The position numbers were made by a program, and so were the translations under genes. A stretch of DNA of 64,000 bases from positions 28,712,401 to 28,776,400 of the forward strand of contig CM120641.1 of NCBI GenBank assembly GCA_051362555.1, written 5' to 3'. Numbering within the stretch: position 1 is the first letter of the stretch; the number at the start of each line of letters is the position of its first letter. The notes under the pieces are model-generated. The model was not told the origin of the DNA and did no database searches. It worked only from the letters and a program-made list of their open reading frames with translations. Origin of the DNA: Lingula anatina. Taxonomy: Eukaryota; Animalia; Brachiopoda. Positions 11,693-40,005 of the stretch are shown piece after piece.

Positions 11693-14600
11693 CTATACTC
11701 TTAATAACTTTGCTTGTTTTATTGCTTCTAGTTCTTTTTCTTCCTCTTCTATTATTGTTTTTCTTTGATTCAGAAAGCGTTGATATTCTTTAAATTGAAC
11801 TGTTTCGACAATCTGAATTCCCATGGAGTGTGCTACCCCCAAGATGCGTTCGCATACTTTTTTAAGAGGTATTCCTTCAAATGTTGGATCTTCACTCTTT
11901 AATCTAGCAATTTCATAAATGTGCTTCAGAGTTACTTTCCCAGCCACTTCTTGACCTGAAATATAATAATTACAAAACTAAAATTATCAAAACATAAATT
12001 TGTTCTCTTGTACTACCATATTTTGTTAGGGAAAAGGGCCACGTTATAAAAAACATGACTAAAATTAAACTTTTTTCTTTTTTTGGTTCCATTTTAGTAA
12101 GTTGCAAATGAGAAATAGGTATGATCCACCTGACTCGGTAAAAATTTTATTTTGAAATGCCTCTTCGAAACAATACTTGATTGGCTAGCTACAATGGATC
12201 ACATGTAATATTAACCTGGTCTTGTGGCACCTTTCTTTATTCCTGCCGCTTGCTTTAAGAAATAGGTTACCGGAGGATGATGTATCACCAAATTGTATGT
12301 TCTGTCAGCCTGTATAAAAAATTAATAGAGCTAATAAAGGTGAATTTTTTAATACGATGCTGATAAAGGCTCTTTGCCAAAAAGTGCCCAAACATACCTG
12401 TCCCTTTTTTTTAAACCAAATGTTTCCCCTTGTATTTTTTCCTTTCATAAAACAAATTATCATTGCTTTGAAAATATAGGTTGAAGAGATATATCCATAT
12501 CAACATTCCAGGGAAAATGATCTACATACGCCAATGAAAAGTAAAAAGGAAAAATCCTTGTATGACCTGCAATATGTAGAGGAATTAAAAGTCCTTCAAA
12601 GAGTAACAATCAGGCATATTATTATTATTGTTGTCTGAACTTTGCTATGGCACGTTTTAGCAAAGGGTAATATCTACTGTGAGGAAGTACACTTAGAAAA
12701 TTGTTGATATTTAAAATGCTAAATCTAGAATACTTATCTACAAGAAAAACAAAGCTGTCAACATAGCATTTAGAGACAAAAGAAATGTGTGACAGTATAC
12801 TTGGCTGAGCCTTGACAACTTCTTCAATGACATGCAACAAATAGTTACTGTCAACAGCATTTAGAGACAAAAGAAACAGACACAGACATGCTGAAACTGT
12901 CGGCCCGATCGGTCATGACCGGCAAAATTTGTCTGGACCAGTAAAAAATTGGACTTGGTTGGTCCAAAGGACCGACAAGGGTTTTAAGAGTCGCAATTTT
13001 GAATTTACAGTCATCATTCAACACACAACACTAATAAAATTATATAAGAGCCAAAGCGTTTTTCCCTTCAATTTCAAACCTATCGCAATCACAAACAAAG
13101 TAAGCTACCCTGACAATCAATACTGGTAGTATCTGTCTCAAACGAATAGGGCGATTTTCGGTCCGACAAAAATCCATTCAGTCCGGCAAATTTTTCATTG
13201 CTGCTGGTCCAAATGTCCGACCATTCTGAATAGTTTTCAGCATGCCTGGGTGCATTTAATCAGTTTTACATCAAGATACACTATCTGCATTTTAAAATTT
13301 CTCAATCATTATTTTATTATTACAAACAAACTAATTATATATCTCCCATTTTGGACCTTTAAAAAGTTTTTAAAAATCTTCAAACTGGACATCAATATTC
13401 CCTACTGAAATGTACATAAAGACAAGGTGCTGTAAGTGACTGAACAGTCAATAAGAACCATAGCATTCACTAGAAACTGTATATAAAATCATATTCAAGT
13501 GGGGGACTGTTCAAGCAATGGTTCTTGAGTACTAGTAAGTGAAAAATTATTTTTGAAGAAAATTTGATTTGTCAGGAAAACTCAGGAAGCCCACCTTAAA
13601 GCAAAAACATTTACTTACATTGACTGATACTCTACATGGTAAGGGTGTGCCTTCCTTCATCTTAGATGTTCTAAGGTTGAAGTCCTTGCAAAACTGTGCT
13701 ATGTTGATGTTTCTCTATAGAATAAAAAAATCATTAGATTTGTTTATTGTCTACAAGTCATTATAAACCCCAATAAATAATTATAATTCACATACTGCTG
13801 ACTTGTCTGATTAAGAAGTCTGCAGTACTTGTTTCATATTTTTTTTGTTCAATTTTGAGATACACTACTGCCTGGGGGTAGCGCTAACAATTTCTTTGAC
13901 TTAGCCAAATCACCACATTTTTGTCAATTTCTTATCAAAATGGTTATAATTTGGCTAAAACATGTCAAATCAAGCCCTTTTTCTTCAGCCAATTTAAGTC
14001 AGTTTTAGCATTTGGCTAAATTGGCGAGTGTTAGCGCTACCCCAGACTGCCTTACATAAACATGATACAGCGCATACAGAAGCCAAAAACTAAAATACAG
14101 TGGAATCAGACCTCCATTACTTCTTAGTATGTTGCATGTGCCCTGCCAATATATGCATGTTGCCAAATAGATGCAGTTATCTCTGATGTGAATTTTTACA
14201 ATATTAGACAAATAAAATAAAACATTGTACTAATTTATTTTCAAAAGGGATACCAAGTTAACTATTTGTACTTCAAAATACAAAATTGAAAGATATTATG
14301 ACTTGGAAGGTGTAATATTGATGTCATTTTACTTTCTTTTTTCTTTTTCAGTATGAAAATGGCTATTTGCATGTTGATGTACATGTAAACAGAAGGCATA
14401 ACATCTAGATCATTCTCATTTGCCACGTCCCCTCTTTTTAACACATGACGTTTTGAAATAAATCTTTGTTGAACAAACTCAAGATTTGCTGCTTTTCACT
14501 CTTGTTCATCACCAATCATACCTACTTTGACACGACATGAGTATTAAATTAAATGACACATGCAGCTATGTTGTAATAAGTTGTAGCACGTTCCTGAGGC

Positions 14601-14944
14601 GAATTGCAAGTCAAAATATTGAAAACGTATAATTGATCAGAAAAACAACCTGGTTTGTGCTGATAACATTGCACCAATATGATACTACTACTACTAATTT
14701 CACTATTAAAGACGGTGCTTCATCCACAATTGAATTTATTTATTGAAATTGTTTTGTGATTTAGAACATGGTCTTGTCGGCTTTCAGAACTTGTGGATCT
14801 TACCGCCCCAAGCTGTGGACCGAGTGGAGGGGCTGGGGTTGCCATACCGGCAGGGATGGTTGCCTTAAGAAATGTAGATTTTGAACCTGATTCAGCAACC
14901 TTTTTTGCTACTTTCATTACTTTGACCCCTTTCTTCGACGCCAT
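11693..14944 (-). CDS. MRPL11: Mitochondrial large ribosomal subunit protein uL11m. Exons 14944-14804, 13714-13619, 12309-12216, 11955-11693
   Basis: [31 protein letters not shown]...[62 protein letters not shown] carries the uL11 motifs; splice phases are consistent. Confidence 0.97.
12883..13248. mobile_element. MITE with CAG termini in an MRPL11 intron
   Basis: TIR cagacatgctgaaa ... tttcagcatgcctg around a GC-richer interior with ggtcc/ggacc motifs. TSD not clear. Confidence 0.6.
13868..14049. mobile_element. Short MITE in an MRPL11 intron
   Basis: Inverted termini ctgggggtagcgctaaca ... tgttagcgctaccccag with internal ttagccaa/ttggctaa motifs. Confidence 0.6.
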
Positions 14945-15151
14945 GTTGATTTGAAGGATTACAATTTCCCATGGTGCAGTATAAATAAAATATAAGAGTT
15001 TCAGTTTATTTCTTTTTTTCCAAATACAGTATTTAAATTTTAATCAATGAAAGTTCACATTCATAATTTGATAAATGTTGTGCAGACTTTAAAGAAATTT
15101 GCCCAGTCCGTCATTGTCTGGGGACTGGGGTAAGGATACAGGTGCTTCAAG
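14945..15151. promoter_or_regulatory. 207-bp bidirectional promoter between MRPL11 and SF3B2
   Basis: Divergent ATGs at 14944 (-) and 15152 (+). Both start contexts (AACATGGCG, AAGATGGCGG) are YY1-like. Confidence 0.7.
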
Positions 15152-29783
<14,632 letters not shown>

Positions 29784-30595
29784 GGGTTGTCATTTTCCCC
29801 AAGCATTATTCCAAAAAATATAGACTGTGGATGTGTGCAAAGGGAAATTTATGGGACTACTTGATTTAGAAGAAGGGTCATGACATTTTATTGCATTTTA
29901 TATTTTAAGCTACAATTAGAAGATAGACAAAATGTTAAACTTCCAAGTGTATTGGAGTTGATCTGTATATTATATATTACATACGTGATCTGTAAATGTT
30001 CAGTTTTAAAGGCTCTGTGTAGAATGATACAGCAGACTACAGTACAAGCATCTGATTAATATCTGAAAAGATAATGTTTTGGATATATACCCAGTGTTGT
30101 TACTTCTGCATCCACAAAAGCTGGACAAATACCTCCCTACTCAATAGTGACCTTTTGAAACCAAAATTGTTGGCAAAATATGTGCCAGTTATGTTAATTC
30201 CTAAAAATATCAACAACATTGTTCAATAATTCACCTTTGATTCAGGAGTCTTAAATTCTTTTCCGTACTTAAAATCGGTATAACACTTGCAATCACAATT
30301 TACACTTAAACTTAATTATTTGGAAATAGATAAAGATAATTCATTTCTTGTCGTGTCTAATTGACTGTATCTTGCAAATATTAAATTTACACACATTCAA
30401 TAAAAAAACTGACAATAAGACAGAAACATTAAGAACTGAGATAGCATTTTTGCTCATATTAAAACGTTATTTTAGATTTTGGATGTTAAGATATAGATTC
30501 ATAATACGTTTATTTAACACATTGCATAACATGAAATTTGGACTAGTATTCATTGACCGTTATCAAAAAGCATATAAGTTGTAGGAATTTCATTC

Positions 30596-33500
30596 TCATT
30601 GCTGCTGAAGGTAGGTCTCAAGGAGCCTCTTGAGAGAATCCCCAATGATGCGGTCCGACTTGCCATTCGGACTCGGTGTGGTCACTTGCCCCGCCAAGAC
30701 CTCGTTTTCATTTCTATTCACATTGCTGTCGTTCTCATCCTCCTCGACCTCGTTTTCACTGATACCGGTGATATGATTACCATCCGCGCTTTCCCCATCA
30801 GTGACAGCAGCTGGAGTTTCCGTGGAAGGCGACGCAGCTTCAGGACTATCGGGAGGAGCGACAGAGGGGGGCTGCACCGATTCCTCTACTGAATCCACCT
30901 CTTTGGGGGCCAGATCGCTCAGACAGAGCGTGACATTATCCTTCAGGGTTTGGGCTGGAAGGAAATTAGAAGTTCTTTTATTCAAGTTAAATAAAGTTTA
31001 CAAAATGTGGCTTAGTAATATGGACCGATTCCATATTATCATAGTGACACGGACAAATAAAATATTGGAATTTCGGTTGTGGCAAAAATAACGGACAAAA
31101 CCTTCTATAATCTGAATACATTAAAATCCTACTTAAAGAACTTAAAAATGAAGTTTTCGTTCTCAAATTACTGAAATAACACATCATGATAGTTACTTTT
31201 TAAAACAGATAAAAGACAGTATAGTACTTTTCCCGATTGTAAGCAAAATGAATTTTAGTAAACTGCACAGTTATTTGATTTTAAAACGTTCGTTAATTTA
31301 TTTTCTATCACCTTCATTAATCAACTGCTTTTGAAAATCCCTAGATGAGATGCTGTCGTCATCTGTCTTCTCCAACAAGATCTGCAAGGTTTTCAGTTGG
31401 TCAAGGATGAACCTCTGGGAATGAAAATGCGCAGGTTGTTTTAATGTAAAAATAATTAAATGCAGGCTTTTACTAAGTTTAGGGAAGGTTTCAAGATGGA
31501 CATGCATAATATGATTGAGATTTACTGATAAAATTTATTCATTGCTATGCGATTTTTCTTTTCAAGAAAAAGGTTTTACTGGAATAAAGTTGTAACCCAT
31601 AATGATTACATCTAATAGGCTATGTGTAAGAGTTCATCGAAACGGATTTTTTTATACTAACCTCCACTAAACCTGCACTTTCCTTTTTGGCCAACAACTC
31701 AGCAACCTCTTTGTGGTTGTTATCCCGAGCAACGTCGGAAGGACTTTTCCTATCTTCGTCAAAGACTTGAAAGTTGGCATTGGCCTTCAAGAGTTCCTTT
31801 ACAATAGGCACATTTCCTCTCATGCATGCAAGATGAAGGGGTGTTAGCTTGTAAGCATCACGGGCATCCACATCCGCTCCGAGTTCGACGAGTTTTTGGA
31901 CCGCTGTTAGCTGCTCTTCCATTATTGCGCAGTGTAAGGGCGACATGTCCTTCTGGGCGTCTTCCCATATCGTCGAGTGTTCCTCATTAATTTTGATCTT
32001 GATATCTTCAGGTGGGCCTTCGCCCCTACCGGACACCAGTACACGCCCATAGTCGGCCACATCAAGGGAACCTCCCTGTGTCTTTAGGAGGAAGGTTGAC
32101 TGTAGTCGCCTTTTAACGAGAACGTAGCGCCATACGGGTTTGTTTTTATCTTTATCTCGGACAAGATGAACTCTGTCACCTTCATTTAATAGGGTGCATG
32201 TCTCAAGCAAACCCGGATCTATCTGAAAGAGCTTCTCCAAGATGTCGATTTTCCCGTTACCTGCTGCAGAATGGAAACAGTTTTTGCCCTTGCTGTTTTC
32301 ACCTTTGGGGTCTGCTCCCCATTTAGAAATCATGTTATCTAGCAAGCTAAGGTGACCCCTAGAAGCCGCACAGCACAAAGCATTTGGGGTGACCTGAGCT
32401 CCATTTTCTGCAAGAGCTCTAACGACACCACCGAAGTTGTGGAGAGACGCCATCTCTAGACTTGTATAGCAATCTTTTGCGGCTTTGTTGAGATCACAGT
32501 TGTCCCTTGTCACGAGGTACTTCACCACATCTTCGTAGCCCAATCGCGAAGCTCTTCTTAGAGCAGTTTCACCTAATGCAGTCACGGCATTTATGTCAGC
32601 GCCGAGTTTTAGCAGAAGAACAACACCTTCTAAAAACCCAATCCCCGCAGCCATGTGCAGAGGTGTAAGTTGCAAGTCTCTAGCATCATCAATTGACGTC
32701 CTGTCCAGGCTGCATATTTCTTCAATGTTATGAATTTCTCTCGCCCGAACCATTTTATGTATAGATTTAAGGTTGGATTCAAGCTTGTCATGATGTTTGA
32801 TCCTTTTTGCCAATTGTTCACACTTTTTCTTCACGGCGATTTCGAGAGCTGTGCAGCCGGTGAAGTCATTGTGACCACTCACTTTTTGCCCCGAGAGGTG
32901 TTCCCAGTCAAAATGCCTCCAAATGGTGAATATGGCCTCCTGGTTATTGTGGTAGGCTGCATGTTGAAGGATATTGAAGCCTTGTTGATTTCTGTATCCC
33001 AAAATCTTTTCATAACTGACACTGCGCGCTGCTATGTCCATCTGATAGTACGGGAAGTTTGGGTCAGCTATTTTGTCGAACATGATTTCTACTTCCCGAG
33101 ATGATGAATCTGAAAATGGCAAACAACTATTCAATAACAGTATATCTTTAATACACTCTTAATTGATTAAAATATTCATTGAGGCATTGTAGGCTACGTA
33201 AGATAGGTGAAGATAGCTTGGGGGGGGGGGGGAGGGGGGAGTAGAATGTGAAACAGGACAGGGATATCTTTTTTTTACTGCTCAGGGTGTAATTAACCTT
33301 TGGAAGGTAGCTGGCATTTTCAAAAGAAGAAACCTGTTAAAAATACCTACGACCGATGTAGGCCTACATGTGCATGATGTTAACAAGCTCACGTTTTTGA
33401 TAAAAAGGTTAGAATATTTATCGCTTGAATAAAAAAGCACAAAACAATAGAGGTCAAGACTTCTATTCAAAAATAAAAAGTGACAGGAAGTAGCATAAAA

Positions 33501-33636
33501 ATCAGAAGAGAATTATCTTGCTATTGGTAAAGACAACAAAATAACCGAACAGCTAACAGAAAGACATATATAGGTAAGAAAATGTACCTTTCTCAACCAT
33601 GGAGGCTGTATCAACTGTACTGTTCTCTTCCATCAT
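30596..33636 (-). CDS. Ankyrin-repeat protein with inserted non-ANK domain, copy 1 (~650 aa). Coding exons 33636-33588, 33109-31662, 31414-31312, 30954-30596; non-coding first exon ends near 34008
   Basis: About 11 ANK repeats (TPLHMAAGIGFLEGVVLLLKLGADINA, TPLHLACMRGNVPIVKELLKANA and others); splice phases 1/0/1 are consistent; acidic low-complexity tail ending LLETYLQQQ*. Confidence 0.9.
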
Positions 33637-34039
33637 TGCACACTTGGTGAATGCCACTGAAAGCGAAATCGAGCTAGTTTAAATTTAAGAATAAATTTAC
33701 GAATAACGTTTTATATTTTCAATCACCACCAGCATTATCAGCACTAATTTTATGTCCGATGTAAAGTTTCGGAGTAAAAGGAGACCCGATCATTCAAAAA
33801 GCGTCATAGACTTTGCTAATGCTATTCCATTTAAAATGTATTGGTCTTAAGGTCGGTGGAATCGTGAAACTTCATATATAAGGTTGAGACATTGTGCCTA
33901 TTAACTGTGTCATCTCACTGCCATATACCAGCCAACTTCAGTGTCACTGATTAACTGCCACACGTATTGATTCTGATCAATAAATTGATGTTCATCGCCA
34001 TACTTACCTCCTATAAAGAGTTTAAGCTGTTCCAGTTAC

Positions 34040-34112
34040 GGCCTTAGTTTCACTTCCAGGAACGCAGTAGAAAAAAATCCAGGATCTATTTTTGTCAATG
34101 ATGACGTAATTG
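34040..34112 (-). promoter_or_regulatory. IRF/ETS-IRF + STAT + CRE-like motif cluster at the 5' end of ankyrin copy 1
   Basis: Minus-strand GGAAGTGAAACT (34046-34057) overlapping TTCCTGGAA (34054-34062), and TGACGTAA (34102-34109). Confidence 0.5.
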
Positions 34113-35365
34113 TTTTGCGTTGATTCCGGTTGTCCTTCATTTGTTTATAACCTAGTTTACTGATAACCCAAGATTTGTTTACATGTCCTTCCTACTGTAT
34201 TGAAAACTCACATAGGTTATCAGTAAACCACAAAAAGTATAAAGTGAAATACAGGTTACAGCAGGCCTACAGTGTACTTACACTGCGTGAGGTCGACATT
34301 CGTCGTAATTTGATCTAAGTATATTTTCCATAAGATAAGTGTCATTAATTGCTCAATAATTCCCCTAATGATACGGGAATCGGTTAAAATTTTCCATACT
34401 TGTATTACCACTGTTTTGTTCTTATTCACGATGGTAATATATGATTGATCAACACGAGTCCAGAGTCAGCTTAAATATGGTGCTTTATTCTTTCCTATAA
34501 AATGATTTCTTTTCACATATATTATGAAAGGATGTAGAACACGGTGGTAAGGCCAAACTGTGTTTTTCTCTGATTTAGCCTTTCTTCTGTGCTTCTTGAA
34601 TAGCTGTGAGAAATAGGATGTACCTCTTAGTACTGATGTTACTGCTATATGTATTACTGTTAAGTGGCGGGTGTGGACTTCAGATAGATTTCCTCTAATA
34701 TTTACTTATAGATTCAGCTTTCATAGTAACTTATACAGAATATATCATAGTTTGATACTTGATACTGCAGTGTACTGAGTTAGAGAGAAGGTTTGCCTGT
34801 TATTTACTTTATTATAGAACGTTTATCTTTGGGATGCTTGGAGAGGGCGCGGTCTGGCTATATTCAGTTTTTCAGGTGTACATGCTACATGAGGTGTAGG
34901 CCTACATGCTAGCTCTAAACCATAACATTAAAGGTATAAATATTACAGAACATAGAGAAGTAAAGTGCATAAATAAAATCGTTATAACACTTGCATACTG
35001 ATAACAATTTACACTTACTTATTCGGAAATAGATAAGATGCATAATTCATTTCTTGTCATGTCTAATTGACCATTTCCTGCAAATATTAAATTGACACAC
35101 ATTCAAAAAAAAAAAAAAAAAAAAAAAAATGACAATAAGACAGAAGCATTAAAAACTGAGAAACTGAGATGTGCATTTTTTTTTTTTGCTTATATTAAAA
35201 CATTGTCATTTTAGATTTTGGATGTTAAATTGTAGGCCTATACCAGTATAGATTTATAGGCCCCCTAATAGGCCTACATGTAAATAACGCATTGCACAAA
35301 ATGAAATCTGGACTGTTCCTGTATTAATTGACCGTTATCAAAAGGCATACGTTGGAATTTCCTTC

Positions 35366-38300
35366 TCATTGCTGCTTAAGGTAGGTCTCAAGTAGCCGCT
35401 GTAGAGAATCCCCAATGATGCGGTCCGACCTGTCATTCGGACGCGGTGTCATTTCTTCCCGCGCCAAGACCTCGTTTTCATTCCCATTACTGTCGTTCTC
35501 ATTCTCCTCAACTTCGTTTTCACTGATACTGGTGATATTATTATTATCCGCGCTTTCTCCATCAGGGACAGCAGCTGGAGTTTCCGTGGAAGGCGTGGCA
35601 GCCTCAGGACTATCGGGAGGAGCGACAGAGGGGGGCTGCGCCGATTCCTCTACTGAATCTACCTCTTTGGGTGCCAGATCGCTCAGATACAGCGTGGTAT
35701 TATCCTTCAGGGTTTGGACTGGAAAGGAATTACAAGTTTTTCATTCAAGTTAGGTAAAGTCTTTACAAAATGTGGCCTGTTTATTATCACAGCGACGCGT
35801 CAAGTAGAATATCGGTTGTGGCCAAAATAAAGGATAAAACCTTCTATAATCTGAATACATTAAAATTCTACGTTGAGAACTGCAAAATAAAGTTTTCGAT
35901 TTCAATCATTTAAATAACACATCACGAAATTTACTTTTTTAAAAAAGATTAAAGACAGCAGAATACTTTTCCAATTGCAAACGAAAGGGGACTTTTTTTT
36001 TTAGCATACTGCATTTGATTTTAAAACGTTTATTAATTTATTTTCTATCACCTTCATTAATCAACTGCTTTTGAAAATCCCTGGATGAGATGCTGTCGTC
36101 ATCTGTCTTCTCCAACAACATCTGCAGAGTTTGCAGTTGGTCCAGAATGAACCTCTGGGAATTAAAAATGCACAGGTTGTTAAGTTACGGGAACGTTTCA
36201 AGATGGGCCGTATAATTGAGATTCACCTATAAAATTTATTCATTGCTATGGGATTTTTATTTTCAAGAAGAACGTTTTACTGGAATAAAGAAGTAATATA
36301 CAGAGATTGCATCTGCACGTACGAGCTCACCGAAATGGATTTTTTTTATACTAACCTCCACTAAACCTGCACTTTCCTTCTTGGCCAACAACTCGACGAC
36401 CTCTTTGTGGTTGTTATCCCGAGCAACGTCGGAAGGACTTTTCCTGTCTTCGTCAAAGACTTGAAAGTTGGCATTGGCCTTCAAGAGTTCTTTTACGATA
36501 GGCACATTTCCTCTCATGCATGCAAGATGAAGGGGTGTTAGCTTATAAGCATCACGGGCATCCACATCCGCTCCAAGTTCGACGAGCTTTTGGACTGCTG
36601 TTAGCTGCTCTTCCATTACTGCGCAGTGTAAGGGCGACATGTCCTGCTGGGCGTCTTCCCATATCGTCGAGTGTTCCTCATTTATTTTGGTCTTGATATC
36701 TTGAGGCGGGTCTTGGCCCCAGCCGGATTTCAGTACACGCCCATAGTCGGCCACATCAAGGGAACCTCCCTGTGTCTTTAGCATGAAAGTTGAGTGAAGT
36801 CGCCTTTTAACGAGAACGTAATGCCATGCGGGTTTGTTATTATCCTTACCTCGGACAAGATAAACCCTGACACCTTCATTTACTAGGGTGCGTGTCTCAA
36901 GCAAACCTGGATCTATCTGAAAGAGCTTCTCCAAGACGTCGATTTTCCCATCACTTGCTGCACAATGGAAACAGTTTTTGCCCTCGCTGTTCAAACCTTT
37001 AGGGTCCGCGCCACATTCGGAAATCATGTTTTCTAGCAAGCTGAGGTGACCCTTGGAAGCAGCACACCACAAAGCATGTGGGGTAAGCTTTGCTCCATTT
37101 TCTGCAAGAATTCTAACGATACCCCCAAAGTTGTGGAGAGAAGCTGCCTCCAGACTTGTACAGTAATTTTTTTCAGCTTTGTTGGGATCGCAGTTGTTCC
37201 TTGTCACGAGGTACCTCACCACATCTTCGTAGCCCATTCGAGATGCTCTTCCGAGAGCAGTTTCACCGAAACCAGTCACGGCGTTGATGTTGGCACCGAG
37301 TTTTAGCAGGAGAACAACACCTTCTAAAAACCCAATCCCCGCAGCTATATGCAGAGGTTGAAGTTGAATATCGTCATCTGTAGCATCCCCAATGGCCGTC
37401 CTGTCCTGGTTGCAAATTTCTTCTATCTTATGAATTTCCTTCGCCCGCACCATTTTGTGTATATATTTAAGATTGGATTCAACTTTGTTACTATCCTTGA
37501 TACTTTTTTCTGATTCTCCAAATTTTTTCTTCTCGACGATTTCGAGGGCTGTACAGCCGGTGAAGTCATTGTGGCCACTCACCTTTTGCCCCGAGAGGTG
37601 TCCCCAGTCGAAATGCCTCCAAAGGGTGTATATGGCCTCGTGGTTATTGTAGTAGGCTGCATGTTGAAGCACATTGAACCCTTGTTGATTTCTGTATTCC
37701 AGAGCCTTTTCTTGACTGACACTGCGCGCTACTATGTCCATCTGATAGCATGGGAAGTTCGGGTCAGCTATTTTGCCGAACAGCATTTCTACTTCCCGAG
37801 ATGATGAATCTGAAAACGGCAAACAACTATTCATTAATGAACCCCAACAGAACTAAAGTGAAGCTTTGAGGTAGGGATGGTGAGGCCATGGTTGAGGACT
37901 GGAGGTTGGATGTAAAGGGAACAGTGGTCATACAGGTTTTTTACAACCCGGGAAGCAACTTTAGGAAGGTAGGGGACAGATTTTCAAAAGAAGAAACCCG
38001 TTGAAAATAGTTAAGATACGTGGTGTAAACATGCTCTTTTTTTTTTTATAAAAAGGTTGCAATATACATATACGGTATCAGGGCAATCCCCCCCCCCCGG
38101 ACAATCCCCCCTCAGGACAATTCCCCTCCCCGACAACCCCCTGTAATGAATTTAATAATGAAAATGAACAATATGATACTGAGAAAAATTATAAATGCCT
38201 GGCTTTAATCAAAATGTATCTCCAGGTAGGGGTGGGTAATCTCTCTCAGATAATCTCATTTATCAAAGTATTCCTTTGATCAACTAACTGAGACTTTGAA

Positions 38301-38699
38301 TTGTTTTACCCCCCCCCCCCCCCCCCCCTCTTCCTAGCCTTCATCACGTTGCCTGCCTTTAATCAAGGTGCACCTCCAGGTAAAGTTGGGGTAAACAGAT
38401 CATCTCTACGTGCACATCAAGGTATCCCTTTGATGAACTAGGCGGGCCGGGGGATATTCCGGGGGGGGGGGGGGATTGTCAGGGAAGGAATGGCTAGAAT
38501 CATATCGCTTGTGTATCAAGCTAGAGGTTAAAACTTGTATTCCAATAGAAAAAAGTGACAAAAAGCAGTGTGAAAATGACTAAATGGTCATCTTTTCTGA
38601 GATAATATTCTTGCTTTTTTTTGTAACAGTTACCAATAGGTATATCGTACCTTTCTCAGCCTTGGTGGCTGAACCAACTGCGCTGTTCTCTTCCATCAT
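35366..38699 (-). CDS. Ankyrin-repeat protein with inserted domain, copy 2. Coding exons 38699-38651, 37809-36356, 36154-36052, 35718-35366
   Basis: Same exon structure and phases as copy 1 with intact reading frames; C-terminus LLETYLKQQ*. Confidence 0.9.
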
Positions 38700-39094
38700 T
38701 GCACGCTTGGTGGTGGTCACTGAAAGCGAAGTCTCGTTAGTTTTAAATTATCCTACCAATAAATCGTTTTATTGGTTCAAGATAAAGATGACCATCTTTA
38801 TCATGATCAACATTAATACTACTTCTGATTGTGCAGAGTTTCGGAGTAAAAGGAGTCTCTATATATTGTTCAAAATGCGTCACATACTTTGCTCACAGGC
38901 GTATCTCATGTAGGCCTAAATGTGGGTGGAACTTTAAAACTTCAAGGTCAAGATAGTACTTATTAACTGTGTCATATACAAGACAACTTCAGTGCCACTA
39001 AAGCACTGCCACACTAAATGATTCTGATCACTAAATTGATATTCATAGCCAAACTTACCTCCTTTAAAGGAATTAAAACTGCTTCATTTACGCT

Positions 39095-39165
39095 CTTAGT
39101 TTCATTTCCAGTAGGCTAACATAAGGAAAATCCCCGATCTATTTTTAGCGATGATGACGTAGTTG
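39095..39165 (-). promoter_or_regulatory. IRF + NF-kB + CRE-like motif cluster at the 5' end of ankyrin copy 2
   Basis: Minus-strand GGAAATGAAACT (39098-39109) and GGGGATTTTCC (39125-39135); TGACGTAG (39155-39162). Confidence 0.5.
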
Positions 39166-39644
39166 TTTTGCATTGATTCTGGCCACCCTTTGTGTTCCTA
39201 TAACCTAGATTGTTGATAACCCGGATTGATTTGTTTACACCTGTATTGAAAATTCACGAGTCACCACAAAAAAAGTCTGAAATGAAATGCATATAAGTAC
39301 ACTGCTAAAAGCTGTAACTGCGTGAGGTTCACATTGCAATATTGGTCTCAGTACAGGTATTTTGCGAACGATAGATCCAAACTAATAAATGCAGCTGACA
39401 TTTCTGACTGGGATTTTATCGACACAGGGAGTACAATCACGCTGAGGCCATTGCCAAGACAATCAAATTGCCCCTGGGGCTTATTTTTTAAGCCAGAGCG
39501 TTTTTCACATTCTTTGTTAAACTTTTTTATAGCAAATTAAAATTATTCGTCGAATCAATGGCCTACATGTCCTACAATAAAATTGAACCACATTGGACAG
39601 ATTTTAACCGATGCCTGGAATGTTATTCCAGGTTGAACTCTAAA

Positions 39645-40005
39645 AACCTATCCCAAGGAATGCCTTGCCGCTTGAGAGCGCTGGTAGCAGCCAGAAGAAG
39701 TTCAGGCGTAACAGCGACCGTTAATGTGACTAGACACTGACATGAGGGTCCTTTGTGGAGCGTGTAACTCTTTTACAGACAATAATTTTGAAAATATGGA
39801 GATCCAAAATATCTCTTTTAATGGTTGTCGGGTGACATAGAACAGGCGATGAACTGATGTCACAATGACATCAAAGAGATAATTAAAAGTTTCAAAAACA
39901 CGATTTTAATCCTTATTTTCATTTATCAGTCAGCAAAATAGGAAAAAACTGATGAAAAATGATTTAGAAAAAAATATTCCATACTAAATGTCAAGTCTGT
40001 ATATA
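39645..40005 (+). repeat. Dispersed repeat (probable TE remnant), second copy at ~60930-61320
   Basis: Co-linear similarity ggaatgcctt(g/a)ccgcttgagagc(g/c)ctggtagcagccaga...actagacactgacatgagggtcct...ggagatccaaaatatc...aaatgtcaagtctgtatat. Confidence 0.8.

Noticed and set aside
30599-31091. Plus-strand ORFs repeated in all three duplicates (also 35415-35753 and 42167-42499)
   Set aside because: Antisense shadows of the low-complexity last coding exon; their starts and stops are not conserved.
31620-33134. Ankyrin ORFs as bacterial contamination or single-exon genes with the ORF-track starts
   Set aside because: Each has phase-consistent spliceosomal introns conserved in three copies and is contiguous with animal genes. 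The ORF-track N- and C-termini are intron sequence.
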